Part shown: positions 1 to 13,472 of the stretch, in pieces
Layout of the letters: the number at the start of each line of letters is the position of its first letter
Numbering within the stretch: position 1 is the stretch's first letter
Source of the DNA: Azolla caroliniana
Taxonomy: Eukaryota > Plantae > Polypodiophyta
Direction of reading: 5' to 3'
NCBI GenBank assembly: GCA_043228905.1
Contig: JBHGNT010000003.1
Coordinates: forward strand, 4,526,001 to 4,590,000
DNA: 64,000 nt
Translations under genes and position numbers: made by a program
The notes under the pieces: generated by a model
What the model was told of the DNA's origin: nothing
What the model saw: the letters and a program-made list of their open reading frames with translations, nothing else
The model's database searches: none

Positions 1-69
1 AACCTATAAACCCTTAAGCCACGATTTTTCGGTTCGGTTCGGTTTGAGCCGAAACCGGGCCCATTACTA
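1..69. mobile_element. Right end of a hAT-type MITE (related to 50883-51497), cut by the window edge
   Basis: ggttcggttcggtttgagccgaaaccgggcccattacta closely matches the right end of the complete MITE (ggttcagttcagtttgagcccaaactgggcccattgcta). Confidence 0.75.
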
Positions 70-380
70 CATACAAACATGCTCAGAGAGCACTTTTATA
101 CAAGTCCTTGAAAGGAGTGATAGAAGTACTAACACGTACTTCAATGCTCATAATTGAGCTACTAACACAAACTCCCAAAAATATGTCTATCTACTAGACT
201 AGGATCGTAGGCCTCTAACGGTCTACCGGCTCACGCGGATCCGGCTCTCTGATCCGATCCGATCCGATCCGGGCCTACCCGATCGGTCTTCATCCTATCC
301 CGCACTCGGCTTATTCAGTCGATCCTGCCCAAGTTGAGCTTGCTTGCTCAACAGTTAGGAAATGATCTATTTTTTGACAC

Positions 381-800
381 TTGCGGTATCTAATGGGAAT
401 GGGTGTTACAAATGGTCAATTGACTAAATGGATGTCTAGTAAGTTAAGGGATAAATTCATGTATTGGAAGTCACAATCTTGGTCATCTCATGTATGCTTG
501 AAGGACGTACAATATATTATGGAACCCATGATATTATATTACTTGGCATTGTTGCCATGGACAAAGAAGGCTTTGCATTTTGTTTTGCAACCTCTTTGCT
601 ATTTGTTGTGAAGGAAGAGGGATAAGATGGGAATCACATGGGTTGCATGGATTGATCTAACAACCCCTAAGCGCTTTGGGGGAGTTGGAATATTGGACTT
701 ATCTATGCATATGATGGCTCTTAGATTTTCGTTATTACAAGACATGTGTTCAAACTCACGACCATGGATATATATTATTCAATATTTGATTGAGAAAAGG
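381..800 (+). pseudogene. Decayed L1-clade LINE ORF2 fragment (region C-terminal to RT)
   Basis: Reading through a stop gives ...YLL*RKRDKMGITWVAWIDLTTPKRFGGVGILDL, matching the plant L1 motif FLW...WVAW..L..PK..GGLGI.DL. Confidence 0.75.
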
Positions 801-2849
801 GTCTAACACATGGGAGGACAACGATTAAAGTTTCATGACAGATGTATCACACTTAAGATTCTTCGTTGTTCATGTGTTCAACACTTGGTTATCAAGAAGC
901 ACCCTTGTTATGTGTATGGAAACCATCATTTAGTAAAGAGCATTATAATTCATTGCAAAAAGAGTTATTTGTGTCTTTTCGGTTATTATTTTGGCCTAGA
1001 AAGGAGAGATTGAGCGTTCAATTTAATTGTTTGGGGGTCAAAGAGATGGGAGATACAGTTGAGGCTCCATCGTTACCATCAAATACAAAATCATTGCCCA
1101 TAATATGGTGGGTGACCATACTCTATTGTGACGCCCATTGTAAGTAGTGTTTTTCACACACATTTATTAATATAATTGTGTGTCTTCACCGAGAGAGAGA
1201 GATTAATATCCAATAGGATCAAAATGAAACAATTTTATGCAAAGGTTGAAAGTGAGGAAGAAGACAATAATGATCACTCTGGAAAACCAAATTACTAGTA
1301 CTTACCTATATGCAAGAAAATATAGATATTTGAAGCCTCGTTGGAAAACAGACCATGGGATTAGTGGATGATCATGAAAACAAATTTTGAAAATTTCAAT
1401 TTGGTTATTGAAGGACTCAAAGGAAATTCTTACTTACGAAGACACAAAATGATTTCATATCCATGATAAAAAAAGATCAATCAAGGAGATGAATAGGCAC
1501 AATTATAACTAGGAACATCAACTAGTAAATAGGTTGACACCAAACAAAATGTTCAAACATTCTATGTTACTTCGTTATTTCATTGGTAGTGTAAGAAAAA
1601 TAAATAAAAAATTATTGAAGGAAAAAGGGTGGAATATGGTGCTTTGTTTAATGAAATGGTGGAAAATGTAAATATTGCATAAAAGAGACTTGAAACAACC
1701 AAAGGAAAAAAGTTGCGTTTTTTTAACATGAGATGTAAACATTCTTATTCAAATCATTCTTGGAAGATAATTAACAATAAAGAAAGTTTAAGCTTTCATT
1801 AATATATATTCTAATATAACTATATATTGCCTATTTTATCTTCATGATCAAACCTAGTTGTTATTGATGAATAACATGACAACAATGTATGAATATAACC
1901 AAGTTTGCGGTTTGGCACGAAGTTGATAGGTAGAATAGAAAGATTTGTGCTATCCAATGAAGAAAGAAGTGGATACCAATGAGGAGTGTCGTGTCAATAG
2001 CCATAGGAGCTAAAATGGACTTAATTGGCTTCTTTCCTTGATCAAGAACATCAAGTAAAAAAGTCTTTGAAATTAACAACTTGTTAGTGTTGTGAAGAAA
2101 ATGAAGCTACTCCTATGTAATCATAATTCAATTACAATACTCTATTGTGGAAGTGTTGAATTAGAATATATTTAGGTTATCAAAACCTATGTTTTGATGG
2201 GTTCATTTGTTTCATGGAAGTTGTCTTTCAAGCATGCCAAAGTGGCATTGTAGCCCTATAATGTAAGAAAAATGTAGAGGCAAAAAACTATAGGTGCCTA
2301 AAGAAAACTTAGGAAATGTGAAAGAGCGTGAGGAGAATGTATGAATAAACCATACGAGTTCCTAAGATTTGCCTAAGAGGCCTATAAAAGAACAACCATC
2401 GCACCAACCCCGCCAACAATGACAAGAAAATGAACAACAATACAACTTTAACAAGTCAAAATCATTGCAGATCATAGTCCTAAAATCAAAACAATTATTA
2501 TATAGTCCAAATAGGAGCTAAGAGCTACCTTATGAATGTCTACCAAATCAACCATCAACTGCACATGAAGTACAACCATGTACAAATTGATAGAATAGAT
2601 GTTTCAACTATGTGGAATAAAGACATGAAAAACATTAAATGTCATCACTATTAGAATATACAAAAATGTATTTGAAGGGTATGTACTTAGGCCTTATGTT
2701 GTGTTGTGAACTTAAAGGGTAGCAATTACTCAATAGAAGGAATGAGTATTGATGACCATTTGTTGATTTTGATGCTGAGCTTTGCCTTTCTTTTCTTTCT
2801 GTATATTTGAGTGAGTTTGTTGCTTAATTCCCATGACCTCCAAATGAAG

Positions 2850-3177
2850 CTCCAAACCGTTTAAAAATGGTTTAAGTGCTCAATTTAGGCTTGAGCCATT
2901 GCCGGCTCCTTTTGGCAAACACTCTCTACCATACCTACTTACAAGCCAAACTGATAAGATGGTAACGTAAACGGCGAGCTTGAATTAGATAATGTAAACG
3001 ACAAACCATGCTCAAACCGGTTAAGGAAGCTCAAGCCCAAACAATGTTGAACAGAACCTCCAAACCGTTTAGTTTAAGTGCTTGGTATAGGCTTGAGCCA
3101 TTGCCGGCTCCTTTTGGCTAACAGTCTCTACCATACCTAATTATGAGCCAACTCGATAAGACAGTGACGTAAATGGC
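2850..3177. repeat. ~120-bp direct duplication upstream of VTI1 (2850-2975 and 3058-3177)
   Basis: Both copies share taggcttgagccattgccggctccttttggc..aca.tctctaccataccta. Confidence 0.85.
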
Positions 3178-3600
3178 ATCGTGATAAATGGAACAGGACG
3201 AAGGAATGTCGTGACAAGCAACGAAGAGGATCAAGGGGATTCCGAGCAGATCGATGAAGCCAGGGTTGGGTTCGGCATGCTCTTGGTCAATGGCTGTAAT
3301 ACAACAACATCAACAACACCACACAACCACGACCACCAATGACAATGCCACCATCAACAATATGAGTCCTTGCTTCTTTGAAACATCATCTTCAAGGATT
3401 TGTTGTGTCAAGTACTATAGTAAATGAAAATGGTTCATTCAATTCTATAACTATAACAATAACAATATCAAACACCATCGCCATCACCAACAACAAGAAT
3501 AGAAGAAGAAGAAGAAGAGGAGGAGGAGAAGACGTGAGTGAGGGGTATTATTGTAGAATTTCGAAAACAGAGGGGTATTTTGATAATTTCCATCTCGGTC

Positions 3601-3625
3601 TGTATGTCTCTCTGTGTGTGTGTGT

Positions 3626-3661
<36 letters not shown>

Positions 3662-3692
3662 GTTTCTCTGTGTCCATCTCTGTCTCTCTGTG
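3601..3692. repeat. (GT)n(CT)n microsatellite in the VTI1 5' leader or proximal promoter
   Basis: tgtgtgtg...tctctctc run ending ~80 bp upstream of the ATG at 3769. Confidence 0.9.
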
Positions 3693-3768
3693 TAGGCGCG
3701 TACATATTTCTTGCGTTCTCTTGTCTTCATCCTGTCGTTCTCCGGCCGATCGGATCCGGCCCATCGCC

Positions 3769-3862
3769 ATGAGTGAAGTCTTTGACAACTACGAGCGGCA
3801 GTATTGCGAGCTATCCGCAAGTTTTACGGCAAAATGCCCCTCTCTCCCCCTTCTCCATGGAG
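3769..3862 (+). CDS. VTI1: VTI1 exon 1
   Basis: gccATGagt start; MSEVFDNYERQYCELSASF...; donor G|gtatga. Confidence 0.92.
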
Positions 3863-6800
3863 GTATGAATCTCATTTATAAAAGCTTACAAATTTTATTC
3901 TGTTTATTGTTTCTCTATCTCTATATGCCTACACACATATATGATATTTATGTGTATATTTGTTTGTTTCCTTTTATTGCCTGGATCCTTCCACCTCTTA
4001 TAGATTTAGATTTAGATCCAATCTTCTTGCTGATCATGTTAGATATGTTGAGAGTTCTTAGTCTATTCTAGTTATGATTGATAACTATGTTTACATCTTT
4101 TGCATGTTCCATTGTTTGTGAGGAGAAACAAAACTCGCTAAATTTATATTTATTTAATCATAAAAAATACTTGTTTGTTTTCTTTCTATTACATGAATAC
4201 AATTTCCCTATAAACTTTGCAGTATCTTCTCATAATTCCTATTATTTCGTTGATATAAAGCAAACTTGTAAATAAACAATTCCCCAACATTGTTCTGAAC
4301 TAAGTGTAATTTCTGAGGGATGCCCATGAAAGTGACTTGGTGATGTAATCATGTTTCGATAATTTTCCATTGATGTTCTCTCTCTCTCTCTCTCCGTGTC
4401 TGTTTGTGTAGCGCATTGGCCGGCAGATCTGTGTATATTTATATGCACTATATAAATATAGTGCATTGGCTTGTAGATCTGTTTCTGAAAACCTAGTGTT
4501 TTGAAAATTAATATGCAAAGCTTTAAAACTAAGAGAAAAGATAAAGAACAGGAGTAAAAAGACATTAATTCACATAGTAAACCCTCCTATTCTAATAAAT
4601 TCTGTTTATATGAGATTGCATTATATGAACAACATCTTCTCACTCAAAGAAACAGACATCGGAATACGTCCCTGTTGACTGGTGCTGCTGTGATTATTCA
4701 TCGTTTGGTTTTCTCTTATTAATTATGTGATTTTAGTGTGATACACTATAGGGAGGGTTTGTTCTTTTTATTTATACAAGTGATATAATGTGATTCTTTT
4801 CCCTGGTTTTGTGTTTTAAAGATTTGTGTTGTCTTGGCTGAAAGTCACATTTTTTCGTAACTTTCTGGTCTTGGTTGTAATCATATTAAGAAATACGTGC
4901 AGTGGACATTTGTACACTTTCAATTGCTTGGAATTCCCCTTGGGGAAAAAATGTTTAAAAATGATTGGGCAAGTAGGTAAAATAAATGTCCTGTTGTTTG
5001 GAGTTTTCCATGTTAGCATTTGAGCACAAATGTGCTCGTTTTTTTTAATGGATGGAGAATTCAAGTGAAGGTGAGCTAAGCTATGTTTTAGAAAATTATC
5101 AGTTTGAACATTCAAAAGATATTTATCATTTTGATAATGATCACCAAAATTTTTAGCCATGAAACATGGAGTTGAGGTTGATATGCTGCCCATGTATCTA
5201 AGAGCTCATTTTTCCTTTAGAGAATTCCCAACACATGGGATTTTTGTGTGTTGGAAACTCTTTCCGGTTGGCTCACATTTGTTTCAGAAATCAGAGTTCC
5301 AACAGCATAAATGTATTCCTGGGTATTCGTTAGTGTTGATGTCTGTAAAACTTGTGTAATATTTTTCTGGAGTTCCCAACTCTTGCTCTTGAAGATATGC
5401 CTTCCTATCCAGATTGAAGATGTATGTAGATTGAAGGTAGTGAGATCAAATAAATAAGGAGAATGAAGCATGGTTTCAAACTCTTCTAACAAATGCTTTA
5501 CATGCATTATCTGAGTCACCAAGTGTGAAGATTTAAAGGAATCAAGGATGCAAAAAGAAAGGAAATGCTATCTGATGTAAGGAATACTAATTCTATGTAA
5601 TTATCCCACCAATTTAACATGGTGCAGCATGGGATGCAGTTCATGCAGCGTATGCTAAATATGTATGGAAACTTATTTGGGCAGGCTTAAGCTCCCCACT
5701 TTTGTGAATTATGAGGTGTCATATGACCACAAATTACATTATATATAATATATATGACTCCAAAAAGGCAAATTGATATGATATTAATTTGGATCACTCT
5801 ATTCTTCTCCACTGAGGTCAAGGCCATATAAGAGTTGTCTGTTTTCAATCTATACATTTGATACTTGTATTTGTCAAAACTCCCTTTTCCCATAACTTTT
5901 TATATTCCAAGCGATCGAAAGAGCTAATGGTGTCTGTGGAGAGAAACAATAGTGATATGATCTAGTAGTGCATCTATTCTATATACCCAAGCTGGGTGAG
6001 GGAGGAACTATTCATACATTTGAGGCATGAACATACTCATTGTGAGTTTCTCTTGTCATGCCAACAACTTTGATGAGATAATTTCTAAACATGGGTATTT
6101 TTTTGTTTGGAGGTCCTAAGTCTTCTAAGATTGGAAATATTGCCACCACTGGTCTTCCTAATATGTGTTGTGTTATAAACTTTTATAAAAAGCCACAGTG
6201 AGAGTTCCTACAACCATCATCTAATATACGATTGCAAGAGATGAATCATGAAAATGAGTGCATTATTACACAAGTGTTTTTAATTAAAATGATAGAGACA
6301 CTTGCCGTGGCATCTAGGGCATGCTGTTCATGAGATGGTTGACAAAGTCTTTGATATTTGTGGTTGTAGTTAGACTCCTTACCCTGTAGTAAGATAAGAA
6401 ATCAGTGTCAATACACATGTATTTTTATTTAGTTTTTTTATTAGTTTTGAATATTTGTTTCACATATGCATAGCCTAGATTATGAAGATATGTATGTATG
6501 CTCATGTATGTATCTGTACGCAGACAACTTACCATCTATTATTATGTACCTTAATTTTTTCTTGTCAGTAGCATTTTATGTAGAGGAGATGAGTGCTAAT
6601 TTTTAACATATTCTTTTGTATAGAACAAAAGAAGGAAAAGCTGTCTGAGCTTAAGATTGGATTAGATGAAGCAGAGTCATTGGTTGGTTACCTATCTTTC
6701 TTTTTGAATCTTAGTATGTTTACAAGCATTTTGAAATTCAGACTGATATTTTTCTTCATTGCTGAAGATTAGAAAGATGGACCTTGAAGCCCGGAGCTTG

Positions 6801-9040
6801 CAACCCACACAGAAGGCTATTTTGCTAGCAAAATTGAGAGAATACAAGGCTGACCTAAATAACCTGAAAAAGGAGTTAAAAAAGGCCTCCTCTGAAACAG
6901 AAATGGCTAGGGAAGAACTTTTGGAAGGAGGGCACTTGGACCCTTTGAGGGTATGTAACTATTTTGCTTCTATAAATTGTGCCAAAAACATGGTGACTAT
7001 CATATTTTTCACTGAAAAGGAACTTTCATACAAAAGACCTAGTCATGCACAGAAGAAAATTTAATGGCATATGCTTTTCCTGAATTACTTTTATATGAGG
7101 ATTCTAGTTCTGTGCTCATTTGCCATTTTTATAACTTCAGGCGTCAAGTGCTCAAAGGGACAAACTCTTAATGTCAACAGAGAGGCTTAATCAATCTAGT
7201 GAAAAAATTAGAGAAAGCAAGAGGACTATTCTAGAAACCGAGGAGCTTGGTGTTTCCATATTGCAAGATCTCCATCAACAGAGACAAACACTCCTTCATG
7301 CACAAGATACGGTATGCCGATATATAGTTTTTCTGCTTTGCTACTCACTAAATGGAGATATTGTTGCTGGTTGATTTGTTCATGATTACATTTCAAGGTA
7401 TTTAGTTTCAGAGAAGCTAGATTAGAAATACATTTTCATGCAGTAAGATCATTTTTATGGATGTCAAGGAAAAAAAATGTTTTACTTTCAGTATGCATAG
7501 CTTGAAGCAACTCATATTTGTAAACATGATTTGTGTCAGGGTCTCTGGTGTTAATGTATCTTACATTTATCTGTGACCCAGTTGACATTAATATATTGTT
7601 TTCTCTTTCTCTTTGATTGGTCTTGATTACTCATTATACCATATACTCAACCTGGTTATTGTCTGAAAGCTAGATTTAATCAGCTTTTTCTTTTCATATG
7701 AGCTTTGATGAGTTAACATGAACCTTAGTAACTTTTGTTATGCAACTCATATTTGTAGACGTGATTTGTGTCATGGTCTCTGATAGATGTTAATGTATCT
7801 TTCATTTACCTCTGACCCAGTTGACGTTAATATATTGTTTTTTCTTTTTCTCTTATTGATATCGATTATTCATTATAACATATAGCCAACCTGGTTATTG
7901 TTTGGAAGGTAGATGTAAATACCTTTTGTTAACATGAAACTTAGTAACGTGTGTTATGACTCATTGTGATCTTTAAGACCAAAATATCTTTCTTTTCATT
8001 TCTCTCGTTTCTGTTCATTTTGTAGCTGGACCATGGTGGTAAACAATATTTTGTATCAGAGTTTAAATCTCACAAATTCTACCAATTGACCAGATGACAT
8101 TGTGGAATGTAGAGGAAACTTTGAGCATTCTCCATCCCTACACATTCACATGTCTAGATACATGGGTTATTCTGCATCTACTCTTTTGAAGTATATCAGA
8201 TCAACCTGTCATGGTATCTCTATATCAATCATACCCTTATACCTTCAAGGCACCTGGCTACTGTAAGCAGTAATGCATCTACCCTTTGTGCTGTCCTGGA
8301 TCTTCGGAAATGTATGATTATATGCCTTGTTTCTTCATATATAGACAATATAGAAATATAGTATTTGGATTCTCTTACCTACATGTGTATTGGGATAGTA
8401 TTGATAAAATCTATCTTCTCCATTGCCGGAGGATATGGAAACCACATTAACTAGAGAGGATAATTGAAGAGATGTGTTGTTCACACCTACAATTCCAAGT
8501 GCCACTTGCAAGTTTTTGCTATATTGAAGTTCCTAAGACACTATATGTATAAAACCAAGGATGTAAGGAATTCTTTGAAGGATAGCTGTTATAGAAGCTA
8601 ACAAAAAACAGCAATATATTTAATCAGTAGTCAATGTAGAAGATAGTGCTGGTGAATCACATGGGATCATCACAACTTTGGTTGAGGTGTCATCGATGCA
8701 ATATAGTTGAAGTCTTAACCTCAGCCATTTCATCCGTTTGATGAAACTTTTCAGATGATTGAAGGAGATGCTAGCTACATTATGTTACTATTGACTTTAA
8801 AATTAAGAATTTGTTCTCGTAATATTTTGATTCTTTCTGATATATCTATATGATAATTTTTTGAGGATGTTGCTTTTGATATTGTAGCTTGGTGATGTGG
8901 ATGACAACATTGGCAAGAGTAAGAAGATTTTAATATCCATGACACGGAGAATGAGTCGCAACAAATGGATTATGGGTGGACTTATTGGTGCGCTTGTTGT
9001 TGCAATTTTCATTGTTGCATATGAGAAACTTTCCTCGTAA
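3769..9040 (+). CDS. VTI1: Vesicle transport v-SNARE, VTI1 family (Qb-SNARE, VTI11/VTI13-like), 219 aa; exons 3769-3862, 6624-6682, 6768-6950, 7141-7311, 8888-9040
   Basis: Exons splice in frame across GT..AG introns to MSEVFDNYERQYCELSA...EQKKEKLSELKIGLDEAESLIRKMDLEARSLQP...LLAKLREYKADLNNLK...ERLNQSSEKIRESKRTILETEELGVSILQDLHQQRQTLLHA...DVDDNIGKSKKILISMTRRMSRNKWIMGGLIGALVVAIFIVAYEKLSS*. This gives an N-terminal helical bundle, a SNARE coil and a C-terminal TM anchor. Confidence 0.95.
6624..6682 (+). CDS. VTI1: VTI1 exon 2
   Basis: Acceptor tatag|; (E)QKKEKLSELKIGLDEAESL; donor |gttggt. Too short for the ORF track. Confidence 0.88.
6768..6950 (+). CDS. VTI1: VTI1 exon 3
   Basis: IRKMDLEARSLQPTQKAILLAKLREYKADLNNLKKELK...DPLR; acceptor gaag|, donor |gtatgt. 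Confidence 0.92.
7141..7311 (+). CDS. VTI1: VTI1 exon 4
   Basis: ttcag| ASSAQRDKLLMSTERLNQSS...LLHAQDT |gtatgc. Confidence 0.93.
7507..7958. repeat. ~235-bp tandem duplication in VTI1 intron 4
   Basis: Unit starts gcaactcatatttgta at 7507 and again at 7742. Confidence 0.9.
8888..9040 (+). CDS. VTI1: VTI1 exon 5 (end of SNARE motif plus TM helix)
   Basis: tgtag| LGDVDDNIGKSKKILISMTRRMSRNKWIMGGLIGALVVAIFIVAYEKLSS*. Confidence 0.93.
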   Translation, partial: LGDVDDNIGKSKKILISMTRRMSRNKWIMGGLIGALVVAIFIVAYEKLSS

Positions 9041-10862
9041 GAAAATTGTTCTTATTTAAAGTTTTATGTATCATTATAATGGCCAATTGATATAACTTGT
9101 TAAGGTGTTTGTGTATCTAATTTTGAGTATAAGACAGAAGGGGATTTCTACTTATAATCATAAACCCATGGATGTATGTCTTCTAAGAAAACCTTAAATC
9201 TCCTTGTACAAATGATTGGTGTTCTTCATTATTTTTATGACATTGATGTCTGAAAGCTGTGGATGATCCATGATGTATAGGAAGGGAAATGATTCCTGCA
9301 ACCATAGAATACGATGATTGTGTTTCATGGATTCCTAGGGTAGGTTTATCAATTATATTTCTATAGAGATTCCAAGTTTGAAACTGAAGTATCAAAGCCT
9401 TTCCATGTACTATTGGAAAAAAGAATTTGACATTTGTGCGGATATGTGATCACTTACCCAAGAGTGAACCAAGTTAAAATTGATGGATTGTTGAGCGCAT
9501 ATAATTCTCCAAATGTTTGGCAAGCTATGCTCATGTAAAATTTGGAGTAAATAATATCATGGGTTTTGTATTAAAACTAGTTAATGCATGTTTTACCAGG
9601 TTGCAAGAGTATATAACTCCTATTATCACATGCCCTATATCATTAAACTTACAAATGGCTACTGGTATGGAAACAACTAGATGGACGATGAAAATATTTT
9701 AAAATACCTTAAAAAGACTATTTCTGGACCATGCAGAAGTGAACAATGACATTTTTAGCATTCATTGGGACAATGATACACCTTTCTATAATAGGTCATC
9801 ATTTGGAGAAAATGTGAATTGCATCATTTCAGAAGGACATTGTAAACAAATAGTGCGCTTGGAAGCATGATGTGGAAAGCTTCAAGTCTATGGATCAAGC
9901 AATATCCCCATGAATTTGGTTGAAATGCAATGGGTATAAATCCATGAGCTTACATTGCTAAAATTCTTGATAATATAAAATCATGGTAATTCCCACCTTG
10001 CAGATGTGGGATCACTTGGTCGATGTCATGGACACTTTGAAAAGAAGAGTTAAAAGTAGTAGTTTATACATGTGCTTTTTTCTATCTTTCAAAGTGTTGA
10101 AAAGTGGTCCAAACATCTTTTGTACACATGTCAAATGTTAGATTTGTTTATGCTGATGTTAATACCACTGTTTAGATATATCTTCTTAATGTTATATTAT
10201 ACATAACATAAACACAAGCAATTAGTGTTATCATGTGAACTATTTTACACCATGTTACGTCATGCCAAATGTGTTTTGAGTATGTTGTGTTAGTATTTCA
10301 ATGTAATTTATCCTCCTATGTAAATGCACTTTTTATGCATACAATATTTGTTAAGGGCTTGGAATGATGACAAATAGTCGTATTACATAAAAAGTAGTAT
10401 GTATCAATATATAGTATTTTATCGTAGGACTTATCTAACTCCCAAAATGTCAAAATTTTAACCATCCCTTGTGCATATTTCCTTTTTCCCATTTATCAAA
10501 TTTGTTGGTGTTTTATTGGGGTATCTTGCTATCATCTTTAATCTCCAACCTTTGTGTCTTCGCAAAAATCAAACTATAAGACCCAAATTCAACCAAATTC
10601 TTATCATAAAAATGATAGCTATTCTATTAATAACCATTTCATGTGGTCAAAAGTCTATTGAACAAATAGTCATAATATTTGAGTAAGATTAATAAAGTGA
10701 GGAGTTTGCTCCCACTTTAATGCATGTTTAATCGTGGTCTACAGTGCACGTGGGCTTCCTCCTCCCACAATTGTCTTGTGGGGTTGAATTTGATTTCTCA
10801 TAGCATCATTTTTATCATAGCTTCCTTGAATTATATTCAAACTTATGATTTGACGCCTCTAT

Positions 10863-11625
10863 TGTCATGGACACACCAACCGTAGCCTCAGATAAAGCAC
10901 AAATGATTGGGCTACGAGCGTGGAACTTAAGAAGCTAGAAACGACACAAGAGCATGAAGAAAGAGATGAAGAAGGAGACAAGATGGAATGGAACAAGAAC
11001 ACTAGATTGATGTGTCAATGCTTGGAGTTGAATCCCTTGAAAGGGACCAATGAGGTTACAAGTATTTATACAAGTTTTGAGATTGAATATCTCTAGAATA
11101 TGCTCGAGAAATATCTCTAGAATATACTCATATAAAATATACCATAGAATATTTCTAGAATAGTTATACTAGATGAAGACTAGAATATATGCTAAATTAT
11201 ACAATAATAAAACATATTCAAGCTACAAGGTCTAACACAACACTATATACTAGGTGTGTTACAGGTTAGAGGATTGAGTCTAGAATGTGACATTATCTCC
11301 CCTCTTATGTCACCTTCTTAAACTGGTCATCGGTTTGTGGGGATATCGGTGATGAAAATAGTGGACATTTTGTAAATTCTGCTCTGGTTCCCACGTGGCG
11401 TTAGACAGGGGGTAACCCTTCCACAGGACAATGTATTGAAGGTGTGGAAATAGGAACACGAACACCAACGGGCATGAGCGACCATGTGCGGCCCTCACTG
11501 GGAACACGAATGGTGTGAGCGAATTGGAACATGAACAAGCGTGAGCAACCATGCACGGTCCTAACCAGGAATTGGAACAGGAACGGGTGTGAGCGATTAT
11601 GTGCGGTCCTCACTGGGAACTAGAA
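10863..11625 (-). mobile_element. Chromovirus (Gypsy) family A remnant: 3' LTR 10863-11292, PPT 11293-11307, chromodomain ~11310-11440, fused by deletion to PR-RT linker repeats ~11445-11625
   Basis: LTR termini TGTCA...TGACA; PPT taagaggggagataa on the - strand; chromodomain LQYIVLWKGYPLSNATWEPEQNL; FPVR(T/A) repeats resemble the linker of element H. Confidence 0.85.
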
Positions 11626-11744
11626 CAACAATGGGTGAAAGAGTGCAGGTGAAGTGGTCGACTCAACTTCTTCTATCATGAGAGGGTAAATAGTTGAGGT
11701 TGACCCAAAACATGGCACAAACGGTAGCACTAGTGAGAAACCGA

Positions 11745-12480
11745 CCGCCGAAGTCTCTAGAATAGGTGTGGGAAAAGTCTCGTTACCATCACTCGCCGAT
11801 GTCATGTTTGTAGCCACATTCGTTTGGACGTCGTGGTCTGTGGCTATCTCATCCCCGGTTACGCAAGCCTCGGTTATGCTTGCTACTTCCTCATCCTCGT
11901 CCTCGTCTCTGTTGCCTGCCTTGCCGCCGCCACCGCCACCGCCCGTCGCTCAAGGTCTCATGCCAGCACTCGGGTCAACTGCCGGAGCCTCTAGGATCGG
12001 TGTGGGTAAGGACCTGGCACCACCGCTCGTTGTGTCCATAGCCGCCTCCATCTGGACGTCGTTGTCCGCGGCTACCCCGCCTCCGATCGCGCAAGCCTCG
12101 ATTACGCTTGTTGCCGTCTCTTCCATGTCGTCGTCTCGGTTGCCCGCCTTGCCGTCGCCATCGCTCGTCGCTCTAGGACTCACGTCGGCACTCGGGCCGA
12201 CCGCCGGAGCCTCTAAGAGCGATGTGTGTAAGGTCGCGACATTGCCGCTCGTTATGTCCGTAGCCACCTCTATCCGGACGTCGTTGTGCGTGGCTACCCC
12301 GTCTCCGATCGCGAAAGCCTCGATTACGCTTGCCGCCTCCTCTTCTCGATCTCCTTGCCGTCATCTTGGTTGCCCGCCTTGCCACCGCCACCGTTCATCA
12401 CTCTAGGTCTCACACCGGCTCTCGGGCCGGATGCCAGAGTCTCTAGAATCGGTGTGGGTAAGGACCCGGCACCGCCGCTT
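11745..12480 (-). repeat. GC-rich tandem repeat, 3+ units of ~220-235 bp, downstream of a Gypsy gag
   Basis: Unit starts near 11747, 11981, 12203 and 12433 (gccggagcctctagga/aatcggtgtgggtaagg). Confidence 0.85.
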
Positions 12481-13104
12481 GTCTCCTCCCCACTCGATGT
12501 TTCCTACGCTTAGGGAGGCTTCTTCCTCCGCATCCTCCGATCGCCTCCGGCCCGACTCCATAATAAGCCCTTCTTCGGCTTCGATTTTCCCCTTCACAAG
12601 CTCGCATGCCTCTCGTATTAGCGCTTCTAGGTCGAGCTCCTCCAAACCGTTTTGTGTTGAGCTCTCTTTCGGCGGTAGCGCGTACTCACTTGCCGCTCTC
12701 TCTTCTCTGCCGCTCGCGGGCCACGTTGTTGCCGACCTCTCCCCATCGGGTTGCTGGCATACCCACTCTGGTTTCACGTATCCGTACGCTTCCAATAGGG
12801 CTCCCTCCAAGGACACCCACGACTCGTGAGCTTCTCCTAGCTCCTTGACCTCCTTGTGCACCAATGCGGCCGCCACTCGAGGAAAATACTCTAGCCGCAT
12901 CGCCTCGTCCACGCCCCCTTTCGCCATCTCGGCCTTGTAAGCTCCCAAAAATTTTGGGACCTCATTCCCATTGAATAGGCCGACTCGATCGACCACCCTT
13001 TCGACGGCTTGTTGAGCCGCATCTCGCTTCGCCATCTTCCGTCCGGCTTCCATCACGATCTTTGCCATCATCTCATCGAAGTCGAAGTCTTCTTCCATCT
13101 CCAT
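12403..13104 (-). pseudogene. Gypsy gag N-terminal region of a tRNA-Trp-primed family (related to element D)
   Basis: AVERVVDRVGLFNGNEVPKFL..YKAEM aligns with AVERLVQRNGQFNGKDMSHSL..YKVEM at 35737; PBS tggtgaactcgacgtgaa (13120-13137, - strand) is complementary to the plant tRNA-Trp 3' end with one mismatch. Confidence 0.8.
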
Positions 13105-13472
13105 GCTCCCTTGCCGCCCTTCACGTCGAGTTCACCAAATATGTCGCGTTATTACGCGCGTGCGTGTAGAAGGGGCGGGACCACAGGGGTCTTGGACTAG
13201 GGAGTGGAGGAGAAAGAATAAGACACAAAATGGAAGCTTAGCTCAAGAGGAGGTGAGAAAGAATAAGAAAGAAAGAAGAAAGAAAGAAAGATATATTAAC
13301 GTCTTCTAAGGCCAAATTTGGCCCATGAGACAATTGGTTTACAACAAAAGAGTATTTATCTAGTCATCATAACTAAAATAAAATTAAGTAAAAAATAGAA
13401 CTTAAACTAAAAGAGTTCTAGTAGTGTACAATATGTAGTATACTCGAAAGTGACTATACACTAAGCCTAATT

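Noticed and set aside
208-330. taggcctctaacgg... followed by (gatcc)n, resembling a hAT MITE left end
   Set aside because: No partner TIR or TSD found.
1200-2300. Purine-rich stretch that might be a decayed transposase
   Set aside because: No recognisable motif in the parts I read; no substantial ORF.
3378-3820. Several ORFs over the microsatellite upstream of VTI1, including the N-terminal extension of ORF 3538-4071
   Set aside because: Products of simple repeats; the conserved VTI1 start is at 3769.
6737-6776. Atypical AAG acceptor of VTI1 intron 2 with nearby alternative AGs
   Set aside because: Alternative splicing cannot be supported without transcripts; the acceptor at 6767 gives the conserved protein.
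8030-8760. Coding-like composition within VTI1 intron 4 (similar patches at 5150-5560 and 9500-10050)
   Set aside because: Many stops and no identifiable domain; at most an ancient TE remnant.
10690-10805. Hairpin cccacaa...ttgtggg with a weak SINE/snRNA-like appearance
   Set aside because: No convincing A/B boxes or snRNA motifs.
11768-12848. Long + strand ORFs (212, 132 and 80 aa)
   Set aside because: Antisense shadows of the GC-rich repeat and gag on the - strand.
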